64,000 nt of DNA from a virus. Lineage: Duplodnaviria; Heunggongvirae; Uroviricota; Caudoviricetes. Under the pieces are notes generated by a model, which worked only from the letters and a program-made list of their open reading frames with translations, ran no database searches and was not told the origin of the DNA. Positions 9,890-19,307 of this stretch are shown here, piece by piece. Both the position numbers and the translations under genes were made by a program. The stretch covers positions 61,232 through 125,231 of IMG/VR virus record IMGVR_UViG_3300044878_000136; one strand, written 5' to 3'. Each line of letters starts with the position of its first letter. Position 1 is the stretch's first letter.

Positions 9890-10357
9890 TCACGGCACTT
9901 CTCCGACCTGCGCTTTGACGGTAATCAGTCCGTCGAGTCGATAGGCACGGATGTATAGTAGACGACCGGTGTTGCTGGTGTGCCAGGTCATCCTGAGATC
10001 GTCCGGTTTCTCTCCGAACTCTACCAGCATGATCAACGCATCAGCGAGGGTCTTGTCCAGATGGTCAATCGCTTCACCCAGGTTGGCCAGAGCTCTGACA
10101 ACGTCAGCGCCTTCAGCCTTGAAGCGGTTGCGGAAGTACACCGGGAACTGGTGCATGTGACTGCCCTTGTCCTGGTACTTGACGATCAGCAGCTCGTACT
10201 CATCCTCGGGCTCGATCTTGTAATCGAATTCCTTCGGACCATTCAGGCGAGAAGTCATCTCGTCGTAACGTCGTCGGTTGGCGAACTCGAAGCGATCGCG
10301 GTTCAGCGCGTACCACGCACAGAAGTGGTCGAACTTGGTTTCGTTAGATGTTTCCAT
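9890..10357 (-). CDS. Hypothetical protein, paralogue of 10365-10829
   Basis: TSN...F-A-[WF]-Y-x-x-NRD-x-x-x-F shared N-terminus. Confidence 0.65.
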   Translation of the reverse strand: METSNETKFDHFCAWYALNRDRFEFANRRRYDEMTSRLNGPKEFDYKIEPEDEYELLIVKYQDKGSHMHQFPVYFRNRFKAEGADVVRALANLGEAIDHLDKTLADALIMLVEFGEKPDDLRMTWHTSNTGRLLYIRAYRLDGLITVKAQVGEVP

Positions 10358-10364
10358 AGATCCC

Positions 10365-10829
10365 TCAGTATTCGATAATGATCATGTCGTTGAATGCCGA
10401 GGCGTACACGCCAGTGACCAGACCATCCTTCTCGGTGATGGAGAGGTAGAGCTCACCTGCCACGCCATCGTCCACGATACCCAGCAGTGCATTCACGCAC
10501 AATGGGAGCTTGCGGTCTGCCTCGTGGAACATCCCGTTGTCCAGATACTTCTCCATCATCTCCACGGCATCGTGTTGCCGCCAGTTACGATAGAGCTGAG
10601 TCTTGTAGATGTGGCAAGCCTTGCACATCAGGTCGTCGCCACGACCCCACTTCACGCTGAGCATGATCGCCCGATCTTCAGTGTCGATCAGCTTCCATTG
10701 GAAGTTGTCGTCATTCTGCTCCCGAAGTAACCGGTCGAAGATCTCTTTCTCTTTGAAGTCAATGAAGTCCCGGTTCGTTTGATAGAACGCCGCGAACTCA
10801 TTTAGATCATTGCTCGTCTTGACAGACAT
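10365..10829 (-). CDS. Hypothetical protein, paralogue of 9890-10357
   Basis: Shared N-terminal pattern; SD gagga. Confidence 0.65.
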   Translation of the reverse strand: MSVKTSNDLNEFAAFYQTNRDFIDFKEKEIFDRLLREQNDDNFQWKLIDTEDRAIMLSVKWGRGDDLMCKACHIYKTQLYRNWRQHDAVEMMEKYLDNGMFHEADRKLPLCVNALLGIVDDGVAGELYLSITEKDGLVTGVYASAFNDMIIIEY

Positions 10830-10873
10830 GGTTGAATCCTCTGGTTTTTATTTTGAGAACATCAACTACGGTG

Positions 10874-11245
10874 TTACCCCTTCTTTACTAACCCGGATGC
10901 GAACAGATCATCCAGTGGGACTGGCTCGCCCCAATCCGCTGGTGGTACAAACGGTGGAACGTCTACTACAGCCTGCGGGATGTATTCGTGGATGCAGACA
11001 CCGGGACGGATATCGCCGGAGACTACGGCTACGATAATGATCTTGCCGTTATGGCTGGCAATCACGTTAGCCTTCGTACGGTCAGTCGGGTGGAAGCGCA
11101 ACATGATCGCGCCCTGCACTGTCTTCATGAACGGACGCTGGAGGATTTCGTCGATGTGGTTCAGATCCCCACGATCTACGTCCTTCTCGCCGATTGGGCC
11201 ATTGGAGGTGTTGGTGTCTTGCATGTTCTGTACAAAGTGCAGCAT
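10874..11245 (-). CDS. Hypothetical protein
   Basis: SD gagggg upstream of the ATG at 11245. Confidence 0.55.
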   Translation of the reverse strand: MLHFVQNMQDTNTSNGPIGEKDVDRGDLNHIDEILQRPFMKTVQGAIMLRFHPTDRTKANVIASHNGKIIIVAVVSGDIRPGVCIHEYIPQAVVDVPPFVPPADWGEPVPLDDLFASGLVKKG

Positions 11246-11256
11246 GGTGAATCCCC

Positions 11257-11616
11257 TCAAATCTTGAAATCGAAACTCGGTAGGTAGACGGGTATCTTCG
11301 CCCTACGAGTTGCTTTGACCATATCGGTCGTTCCTTTATTGCCAGGAAAAGCAATAACCCCATTCACGCCCGGTATCGCTAACATGGCTCTGTTGCGTAT
11401 CGGACCCGCGGCTTTAGGGTAAGTATCCCAATCAGCCGGTTCAGTGTGGTAGGGGACTCCACGATCTATGGCCCAGTCACGACCAAAACGATCAACCCCT
11501 CTCGCACCACCCTCAATGAGTAGTGTGATACCACGTTGGCGATGGACATGATCCAGCACCATGAACACGAAACCACTGTCTTTGTAATCACGACCGCCGG
11601 AGATGATAATCTTCAT
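11257..11616 (-). CDS. SLOG-superfamily DUF2493/YspA-like protein
   Basis: IIISGGRDY, LIEGGARGVD, AAGPIRN, IAFPGNKGT motifs. Confidence 0.8.
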   Translation of the reverse strand: MKIIISGGRDYKDSGFVFMVLDHVHRQRGITLLIEGGARGVDRFGRDWAIDRGVPYHTEPADWDTYPKAAGPIRNRAMLAIPGVNGVIAFPGNKGTTDMVKATRRAKIPVYLPSFDFKI

Positions 11617-12163
11617 GGTCTTTCAGTACGACCTCTGCGGCGTAGGGATAACGTTTGCGCCAGCGTTCACGCTGTTGCTCGTCCATGACGTTGTACTGAC
11701 GCAGCATCACGCGAGCCCGCTCTTCAGCACGGCGTTTATCCGCCAGCCTGGCCAGTAGGTAGGTTTCGATGTGATACTTCTCGACATCGTTACCGGGATG
11801 AGTCCACCAGACGCGGATCTTGTCGAAATGTAGTTCGTGACAATACCGCTTCTCGAATATCAGTCCGATCTTGCCAGACTTGATCAGGTTGATACCTTGA
11901 TGCTTGCGGGTAGACTCCTGGACGTGCATCTCACCCGTAGCCCGATCTTCGATAATAAAGATGGTCTTGCGCAGTGGAGTGGGTGTCGGGATAACATACA
12001 GGTCTACTTGATTGAATGTCAGACCTAGGAAGCTGATCTGATCTTCATTCACCAGAAACTCCGGAGGCTTACCGAACACCCCATACAGCCCAGACTGCGT
12101 GATCTTACGATCTTCAAACGCTGGCGCTTGTTCACTTACAGCTTCAGTCAGCTTAGGATCCAT
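11588..12163 (-). CDS. Hypothetical protein, possibly a degenerate GIY-YIG-like fold
   Basis: TIFIIEDRATGEMHVQES and a later E-x-x-L-L pattern resemble GIY-YIG spacing only loosely. Confidence 0.4.
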   Translation of the reverse strand: MDPKLTEAVSEQAPAFEDRKITQSGLYGVFGKPPEFLVNEDQISFLGLTFNQVDLYVIPTPTPLRKTIFIIEDRATGEMHVQESTRKHQGINLIKSGKIGLIFEKRYCHELHFDKIRVWWTHPGNDVEKYHIETYLLARLADKRRAEERARVMLRQYNVMDEQQRERWRKRYPYAAEVVLKDHEDYHLRRS

Positions 12164-12220
12164 CTTCCATCCCCTATTACATTGAAACCCACACTCCCCA
12201 ACGAAGTGTGGGGTATTGCC

Positions 12221-13048
12221 TTACTTCTTGTCGTTGGCCTTGACGTAAGCCCTAGCCTTTTCCATGAAGTCCCGTTCTTCATCGTTCGGGATGAGGTCAG
12301 GTTGACGCACATTACGGACAGCCAGCGACTTCAGCCAATCCTGTTCAGTACCGTAGTTGGAACTGTGGGCATTGCGCGGTTCGCCCGTCAATAGGTGAAC
12401 GAGGTCTAGATCGAAATCGCCTGCACCCGGACGCACCACCCGAACTTCAAACATCGCTTCCAGACGATCGCGTTCTCCCAAGGCGTAGACGATGTCATCG
12501 ACATTGTGCTTACGTGCGATCTTCACCGGATGAATCGTCTTCCAGAAGTTGCGCAGCAGCTCCACGGTTTCACCGGCGGCCTTATGGTAGATCAGTCGGA
12601 GGATGTCGATCTCCACCTGACCCAAGTGGTCGCTTGCCCTGAGTCGACTACCCCGTGCGTTCTCGCGGTTACGGCTACGATCGCGCTCCTCGAACTGGCG
12701 TTCATTACGCCGGTCATTACGCGCCTCGCCTTCGCCGGTTGGCTCAACTGGATCTGGAGTCCAGGCGTTGATCATGGTCAGGCTGAGGTCATCGCTGAAG
12801 TACAGACGTGCGTTGTCCAGCTGACTCTTCTCAGGACGATAGAACGACAGTGCCAGATCACCTTCCTTGGAAACGATGAAATCTTCCACACGGAAGTTCA
12901 GACCATCGAAGTCCAACACGATCTCGGCACGACGTTCCTGAATCTCACGACCCATGCGCTGAGCGGTATGGATGAGGGCGATTGCGCGGACCATTTCAGT
13001 GCTGAACATATCGGAATGGATAAACTGATTGAAGACTTCTTGACGCAT
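12221..13048 (-). CDS. Hypothetical protein with a central R/E/N-rich linker
   Basis: 275-aa ORF with SD aaggag. Confidence 0.6.
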   Translation of the reverse strand: MRQEVFNQFIHSDMFSTEMVRAIALIHTAQRMGREIQERRAEIVLDFDGLNFRVEDFIVSKEGDLALSFYRPEKSQLDNARLYFSDDLSLTMINAWTPDPVEPTGEGEARNDRRNERQFEERDRSRNRENARGSRLRASDHLGQVEIDILRLIYHKAAGETVELLRNFWKTIHPVKIARKHNVDDIVYALGERDRLEAMFEVRVVRPGAGDFDLDLVHLLTGEPRNAHSSNYGTEQDWLKSLAVRNVRQPDLIPNDEERDFMEKARAYVKANDKK

Positions 13049-13058
13049 GTGAAACTCC

Positions 13059-13550
13059 TTATTTTTTACTTAGGTCCATGGCGAGAATTATCTCAACCAT
13101 GTGTTCGAGTTTGGCATCCTGTCCCGTCAACCAAGGCAATCTGGCTTTGGGGATCTCTTCGACCGTTAGGAACCAGTCGATTAAAGCTTCACCGGGTTTG
13201 TCTAGAGTGAAGAGTGTGTTGATAGCCTCCCAGTCATCGTAGGGTAGCCATCTGAAGGCGCAATAGGTTCCCAGCAGGTTGACTGCACGACTTTTCCGCT
13301 GATCGCCTTGGTGGAAATACTGAGCCAACATCCCCACGTTACCGGAGATCATAATCACCTTCGACATATAGCCGTCAGGCGATATCTGACTGGTGTAATA
13401 CTCCGGAGTGTTAGGGTCCTTACCCTCAGCCCTCCACTGCCAGCGCCTTCTGATATCAGCGATAGGTAGCCAGAGGTTGACGAAGAAGATGATAGTCCGA
13501 TCGGACATATACCTGATCCGATGCAGTACTCGCTGCCTGATAGTTGCCAT
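13059..13550 (-). CDS. Hypothetical protein
   Basis: 163-aa ORF with SD aggaga; first gene after a TACAT motif. Confidence 0.6.
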   Translation of the reverse strand: MATIRQRVLHRIRYMSDRTIIFFVNLWLPIADIRRRWQWRAEGKDPNTPEYYTSQISPDGYMSKVIMISGNVGMLAQYFHQGDQRKSRAVNLLGTYCAFRWLPYDDWEAINTLFTLDKPGEALIDWFLTVEEIPKARLPWLTGQDAKLEHMVEIILAMDLSKK

Positions 13551-13619
13551 GCGGCATATCTCCTAAGCTTAGTGTATTCACTTGAATAATGTATCATTCC
13601 GAGAAGTTTGCGTAATAAA

Positions 13620-13725
13620 AGCCTCCCCCTCCTGAACACAGTTAAGAGCACTAGAGACACTCACTTCGTTCGTTCGTCTAGACGTTCGTTCCGTTCGGCT
13701 ACGCCTCACTACACTCACTTAGACA
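13620..13725. repeat. Low-complexity GTTC/CACT micro-repeat tract with a central palindrome
   Basis: acactcactt x2 (13657, 13711); (gttc)n on both sides of cgtctagacg; cctccccctcct. Confidence 0.7.
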
Positions 13726-13753
13726 GAATTAAATTAGTTCATCTGATGACTAC

Positions 13754-13780
13754 GCGTTGTAATATTTTACGTTAACAAAA
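13754..13780 (-). promoter_or_regulatory. Putative middle-type promoter (AAATATTAC on minus)
   Basis: Matches the AAanntTAC motif reported for phiKZ; near-duplicate at 62864-62893. Confidence 0.5.
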
Positions 13781-13787
13781 TAGAGCA

Positions 13788-13810
13788 GGAGTGGGCCGAA
13801 ACCCACTCCT
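13788..13810 (-). terminator. Terminator downstream of portal
   Basis: ggagtggg-ccgaaa-cccactcc hairpin just after the portal stop. Confidence 0.6.
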
Positions 13811-13822
13811 CTCCAAAGGGAC

Positions 13823-16800
13823 TTATGACTTCGGTTTGGTAGGCTCACCGAGGTCGATCTTCAGATCGTCATCAGTAGCGTCCTTACCTTTACCTTTCTT
13901 GTCATCCTTCACCGCAGGTGCTTCACCGAGATCCAGCTTGAGATCATCTTCCGACAACTCAGGCTCTTTCTCACCTTTCGGCTGTTCAGGTTCGTCGAGG
14001 TCGATGTTCAAGTCATCCTCGCCTTCCTTAGCAGGTTCCTTACCTTCCTCACCCTCTGCTGGAGGTTCATCCAGATTGATGGTCAGGTCGGAGTCGGCAT
14101 CAGCGGGTTTATCACCCTCAGGCGCCGCAGCAGCGTCGTCAGCAGGCGCGGCCGGTTCAGCCGCATCAGCGGCAGGTGCGGCAGCATCTGTTGCGCTAGC
14201 GTCGTCTGGAGAGCCCAGGTCGATACTCAGGTCATCCGTCGCAGCGGCTGCATCAGCTGGTGCATCTGTATCCGCCGGAGCGTCAGTAGTAGCCGCAGCA
14301 TCGTCAGTAGTGGTGTTAGCATCAACACCAGACTCAGCATCGCCCAGATCCATGGAGAGATCATCGTTGCCAGTAGCGTTATCGCCACCCAGCTGATCAT
14401 CCTCACCGCCGAACTGATCGTCTTCGGTAGGCTCAGGCACGTTACCGTTAGCCAGCTCAGAACCACCACCGTAAGAGTCATCCATCGGCTCTTCAGGCTG
14501 TGCGCTGAGTTCTTCCAGCATCTTGGTAGCCTTCTCGATCTCATCCACGGTTTTAGCCGTGGACTTCTTACGCTTGACAGAGTCAATCGCAACACGCTTG
14601 GCAAACGCACCCACAGACTTCATGACCGATTCGACGTGGTTAGACATCTCGTCCGTCAGGTCCATCACAGGGCTACCATCCTCAGCAGAACTGAAGACGT
14701 CCAACTCACGCAGGATACCACGCTTACGCATCCATTGACGCAGGATGACACCTTTCCAAGCAGCAACCACAGTAGGCATTGCTTCCTTGATCTTGTCTGG
14801 CGCGTAGCCGTCGAAGAATTCCTCGGAGATATAAGCAGGTAGAGCCTTGTCCAGGGTTTCGCTGAAGTTGTTGAACAGTTCCATCTGCTTGGTCAGGTTG
14901 TCAGACTCAGGAGCCGGCAACTTAACAGTCAGGTTGTTCAGGAACTCTTCCAGGAAGCCTTCAGGATCAGACTTCCAATCATCAGGCAGGTACTTGGAGT
15001 TCTGCTCGATGATGTCCATCAGTTCAGCGATGAGGATACCCGAGTTGTACGTAAAGATACGCACGTAGTCGGTGATCATCGGGTTGGTCTTGCCCTGGAT
15101 AACCATGACGCGCTTTTGCAGCATGACGCTGTTCTGCACGACCGTGGTTGCGAAGTCAGGTTGGTTAACGCCATCCACCATGTCAGCCGTCAGACCGAAC
15201 ACACGGATCAGGTCATCACGCAGCTGTTGTTGCAGGTCGTTGTCGATCTGCGCAAAGCTGGACTCGCGAGGACTGATGCTGGTCTTCACTTCAGGGAACC
15301 GAGGGTTACCCGTTACGTTGACCGAGAAGGACGACATCTGGAGTTGCTCAGCCAGACCCACTGTCGAACTCAACGCCATCGGGAACTGGTGATAAGCCAG
15401 ACCCAACGCTTCGTTCGCCATGAAGGTAGCAGTGCCCAGTGGGTCACCGTCATCTTCTGGCAGTTCGATGTTGATGTCTTTACCAGGGATCGCGTTCTTG
15501 GTCGAACCAATTACGTTGGCCACGGTAACAGCAGCACGCATTGCTGCGAGCGACTTGGCATCTTCCAGGATCGACTTACCGATACCGAACTCGTTGTAGT
15601 CGTAAGCCATGTAGATCATGAGCTCAGCAGGCACGTAGAGCATGGTGGTCAGCTGGTTCTTCATGGAACGAGCAAACATCAGACGGTCGATGTGCTCAGT
15701 GTGAGTCAGTTCAAACTCACCGCCCATCATGCCAGTCCGGAAGCGAGCCACGATGTCAGCGTCAACCAGTTCAGCGTGCAGGTTAGCCAGTGCATCGATC
15801 TGACCGTCAGAAGCGTTAGCAATGCCGCCAACGATTGCTTCCTTCGACATCTGGATCAATTCACCCGACACACCGCCCGACGAACCAGCCTGATCACCAC
15901 CGCTGCTATTACGACGGATGTCATCGTAGTAGTTGAGGCGACGGGAATAACTGATCGGATAGCCGTTGGCATCGAGTAGGATAATGTACCCAACGTGGTT
16001 GGATTCATCGCCTGGCACGCAGACCGGCATTACCGCTTCGGTAGAGAGGTGATACTCGAGAGGGTGACCTGCGTTACCCCCACCGGCTTGTTTGCCGCTA
16101 GGCACTACTTGCAGGCGGCTACGACGCGTTTGCTGCGGCTGTTTGTAGAACTTGTTGTAGATCTCGGAGTTACCCGGAGCATCTTTCATGTTGTCAGCTT
16201 TACGCTGGCGACGACGCGCTTCGAGCGACGGAGTGCCATAGGCGTTTTCCATCACACGACTGCGTTTCATCTTCTGAACTGCTGGAGTACGCAGAACAGC
16301 CATGTTGTCTGTCACACGAATCGGCAGAGAGACCTTCTTCCCGCCATTAGTTGTCTTGATTGTATGATATTCAGCCATGGCGCCTTGGCGCAGTCGACCG
16401 CTGGCGGACTCCAACGAAACGTAGGCGTCGCCGTTAGCAGTCGGCAAGCTGAGGCCGAAAATACCCTTGGGTTTGTACCACCCATCAACAAACTCGCCAC
16501 CGTACGAGCTGATGGATTCCATCGATGCATCGTCGTCACCCAGGACCAACCGGTCCAGTGTGGCTTCGGGGATGATGAGGATCGGGTGAGCACCGGACCA
16601 GATAAGGGCGTCGTCTACCCATTCGGCCACCTTGGTGTCGGTCTTCTTCGTGTTAATGAAGAAGTTCTCAAGGTTCTGCACCAGAGGCGAGCTGAGGGCG
16701 GTATCACAGCCCTTCATCTCGTTGCCGAAGATCAGGGTGTTTTGCGCCAGATCACCTGGTGACATGATGGCACTGATGAGGATCTCACGCGGTAGGTGAA

Positions 16801-17017
16801 GGTCCGGCATCGTCTGGAAGATGTTGCGGATGTCAGTGGCATCGCGCAGCGTACGACGGAACACACTTGAGAGTGGCGACAAATCGAGACGATCGGTACC
16901 ACCACCCTTTCTGTTGGTGCGGTCGACCGTCAGACGTTTGATAACGTTCTTGTCAGTCTCCGACAAATCCCGGAACTGCTCGACGCGAGACTGACCTCGG
17001 TCTTCGTTAGTGTCCAT
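13823..17017 (-). CDS. Portal protein (phiKZ gp129-like) with a long acidic C-terminal tail
   Basis: MPDL..PREILISAIMSPGD, HVGYIILLDANGYP and GIGKSIL motifs; size; divergent from the gp128-like gene as in phiKZ-like phages. Confidence 0.8.
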   Translation of the reverse strand: MDTNEDRGQSRVEQFRDLSETDKNVIKRLTVDRTNRKGGGTDRLDLSPLSSVFRRTLRDATDIRNIFQTMPDLHLPREILISAIMSPGDLAQNTLIFGNEMKGCDTALSSPLVQNLENFFINTKKTDTKVAEWVDDALIWSGAHPILIIPEATLDRLVLGDDDASMESISSYGGEFVDGWYKPKGIFGLSLPTANGDAYVSLESASGRLRQGAMAEYHTIKTTNGGKKVSLPIRVTDNMAVLRTPAVQKMKRSRVMENAYGTPSLEARRRQRKADNMKDAPGNSEIYNKFYKQPQQTRRSRLQVVPSGKQAGGGNAGHPLEYHLSTEAVMPVCVPGDESNHVGYIILLDANGYPISYSRRLNYYDDIRRNSSGGDQAGSSGGVSGELIQMSKEAIVGGIANASDGQIDALANLHAELVDADIVARFRTGMMGGEFELTHTEHIDRLMFARSMKNQLTTMLYVPAELMIYMAYDYNEFGIGKSILEDAKSLAAMRAAVTVANVIGSTKNAIPGKDINIELPEDDGDPLGTATFMANEALGLAYHQFPMALSSTVGLAEQLQMSSFSVNVTGNPRFPEVKTSISPRESSFAQIDNDLQQQLRDDLIRVFGLTADMVDGVNQPDFATTVVQNSVMLQKRVMVIQGKTNPMITDYVRIFTYNSGILIAELMDIIEQNSKYLPDDWKSDPEGFLEEFLNNLTVKLPAPESDNLTKQMELFNNFSETLDKALPAYISEEFFDGYAPDKIKEAMPTVVAAWKGVILRQWMRKRGILRELDVFSSAEDGSPVMDLTDEMSNHVESVMKSVGAFAKRVAIDSVKRKKSTAKTVDEIEKATKMLEELSAQPEEPMDDSYGGGSELANGNVPEPTEDDQFGGEDDQLGGDNATGNDDLSMDLGDAESGVDANTTTDDAAATTDAPADTDAPADAAAATDDLSIDLGSPDDASATDAAAPAADAAEPAAPADDAAAAPEGDKPADADSDLTINLDEPPAEGEEGKEPAKEGEDDLNIDLDEPEQPKGEKEPELSEDDLKLDLGEAPAVKDDKKGKGKDATDDDLKIDLGEPTKPKS

Positions 17018-17052
17018 TACTCCTCTCCTAGTCAGATCGGGGTTATAAAGAA

Positions 17053-19284
17053 ATGAATGCCCATTACCGGCTCTATATCAAGAGCACATTGAAATTGGCG
17101 GCTACGCTCTTAATAAAGAGTGCGAGTACGGCCGATACGCTCAACGCCAAAGTAGTCGCTCAAGGCTACAAGGTGGATCGAGACAATCCGTACACTTGGA
17201 AGTACTACCTGAACATGTCGGGTATGTACCACGAGTCGGATACCGAGATGAAGGTCATCTCCCTGGATACTCAGGAAGAGATCTCCTTTGACGTCGATAC
17301 CCTTGCGGAACACCGTGGCACCAAGCGTGAATATGCCTACGGTTCGATCTACTACAAGGAATTGGTGGCTGCGTATCCTGACCAGCAAGCGCTGATCAAC
17401 GGCATCCTGAATCCCATCGACATCGAGACCGCGGTTACGTCAGAAGACCATAAGATCTTGTGGCACGACAGCAAAGAGGTCGAGGAAGGTGAAGAGTACC
17501 TGATCCCACGGGTTCAGCGTTACATCGACATGTACTTCTTGCAGCGCGATAACCGCGACTACGGGTTGTTCGAACCTTTCTACTATTCGGGTCTGATGGG
17601 TGTCCTGTACACCAAGTTGCCGCTCTGGATCATCACGCTCCGCAAAGAGATGTGCAAGACTGACCAAGTGCACACGTTCTACGTGCGCCAGTACCTGACC
17701 TCGTTCAGTGCGGTCGGTAAAGAGTTCGACTACATGACGCGCAAGTTGCGTCTGTGGCTGTACCGCAACATTCGTTACCTCAACCGGAACCTCGGTCGTG
17801 AAGAGATCCTCAAGCTCACCACCCAAAAGGTGTTGACGGATCGTGGATTCAACCTGTCCGGCTTTAAGCTGAGTCATGTGTATGAAAACACCACCACGAC
17901 GCTGAGGCCTGAAGTGGAACTCCAGCAGGAGACCCTCAACGGGATCGAACCTGCGAACGGTGCCACTGACAAGTCGGTCGGTGAGATGTTGGACATGGAG
18001 CTGACTCAGGCCAGGGGTAACCCTCTGTACCGCGAGGATGCGGAACCAGACGTGACCAAGCGTAGTGTGCACGCCAAGACCAGCACCCACATTACCAAGG
18101 TCTTGGAGTCCAACGTACTGGACCGGGCAGACGCTGATCCGTTCACCTTGACTGATGTCTTGTTGAACCATTGGCTGTACCTCGCTCACTTCGGTCGCTA
18201 CAACACGGTGTTGCAGATCACCAACCCAAGTAACGGCGATGTGTTCAAGCTGTCGGCGAAGAACGCCTTCATCTTCTACCTCTATGCGTACAACAAGGCG
18301 ATCGGGATCACTCTCGAGAAAGTGCCTGTGGTTTCGGCCAACCGTGTTCGTCGTATGCCGTTGCCCACATTCACGGAACTGCGCAAACTCGCAGAACCTA
18401 AACGTGTGCCTGACTACGCCCTCCATCACTTGCTGACGGACCAAGTAGCGATCACGCGGTATGTGTCGGTTGATGCCTTTAAGGAAGTCTGCGTCGACAT
18501 TCATCGTCGTATGCTCGATCATCGCAAGTTCCGGTGCTACTACCAGGACTATAAAGCCGAAGGTCAGCTACACACCGTGGTGGATCGGTTCTACCAGGAT
18601 ATCCGCATCGACCTCGCCAAGCAGCAGTCGTATAGCTCTTGGTTGGCTGATGTAGGTATCGATACCTCGGCCATGGGGCGCGTTGAATATCAGCTGATGT
18701 TTAGCACGATCTTCAACCAGATCACCGGGGCAGACCTGAGCAATGCCAACAGCGTGCGCGAGATCCATCGCTCGATGCTGCGGATCATGCGTGCTCTGTC
18801 GTCCTACTCGGTGCAGTTCATCCAAACGATCAACGACTCTCCAGTCAAGGTTGTGGATGGCAAGTTCCCTAAGCAGACGATTCCGAAGCTGGATGAAACT
18901 GAACACGCCCTGATCGATATCGACCCACCCACGATTCTGGATGTCGATTCGTATGAGCGCCGGTACGACAAGATCCTCGCTCGCGTCGGTGTGGACTACC
19001 ACTCCAACGTAGTGAAGACCACTGCCAAGATCCCGGTCAACGTCAACATCAAGTTGTTAGGTCGGGGACGTCTTGTCTCCCGCATGGACTTCAACCTTCC
19101 GACCCTGAAGCTGATTCCCGAAGCCGTCACGGACATCTCGGGGGATCGCACACTCACGCTTGACTACCTCGAGCCTGAGCGGATGGATTACGCGGACCTG
19201 TTCATTGGGTCTGGGTTCCCCGTCATGTCGGGCGGTTATGACAGCCTTACTGACAATCGTCGGAAGATGTTCCTCGGACTTTAA
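17053..19284 (+). CDS. Baseplate wedge-like virion protein (phiKZ gp128-like)
   Basis: TWKYYLNMSGMYH..D..M.V.SLDT.EEI.F motif; synteny with the portal. Confidence 0.7.
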   Translation: MNAHYRLYIKSTLKLAATLLIKSASTADTLNAKVVAQGYKVDRDNPYTWKYYLNMSGMYHESDTEMKVISLDTQEEISFDVDTLAEHRGTKREYAYGSIYYKELVAAYPDQQALINGILNPIDIETAVTSEDHKILWHDSKEVEEGEEYLIPRVQRYIDMYFLQRDNRDYGLFEPFYYSGLMGVLYTKLPLWIITLRKEMCKTDQVHTFYVRQYLTSFSAVGKEFDYMTRKLRLWLYRNIRYLNRNLGREEILKLTTQKVLTDRGFNLSGFKLSHVYENTTTTLRPEVELQQETLNGIEPANGATDKSVGEMLDMELTQARGNPLYREDAEPDVTKRSVHAKTSTHITKVLESNVLDRADADPFTLTDVLLNHWLYLAHFGRYNTVLQITNPSNGDVFKLSAKNAFIFYLYAYNKAIGITLEKVPVVSANRVRRMPLPTFTELRKLAEPKRVPDYALHHLLTDQVAITRYVSVDAFKEVCVDIHRRMLDHRKFRCYYQDYKAEGQLHTVVDRFYQDIRIDLAKQQSYSSWLADVGIDTSAMGRVEYQLMFSTIFNQITGADLSNANSVREIHRSMLRIMRALSSYSVQFIQTINDSPVKVVDGKFPKQTIPKLDETEHALIDIDPPTILDVDSYERRYDKILARVGVDYHSNVVKTTAKIPVNVNIKLLGRGRLVSRMDFNLPTLKLIPEAVTDISGDRTLTLDYLEPERMDYADLFIGSGFPVMSGGYDSLTDNRRKMFLGL

Positions 19285-19307
19285 CAGTCTTCTACTTGAG
19301 GCGAATA

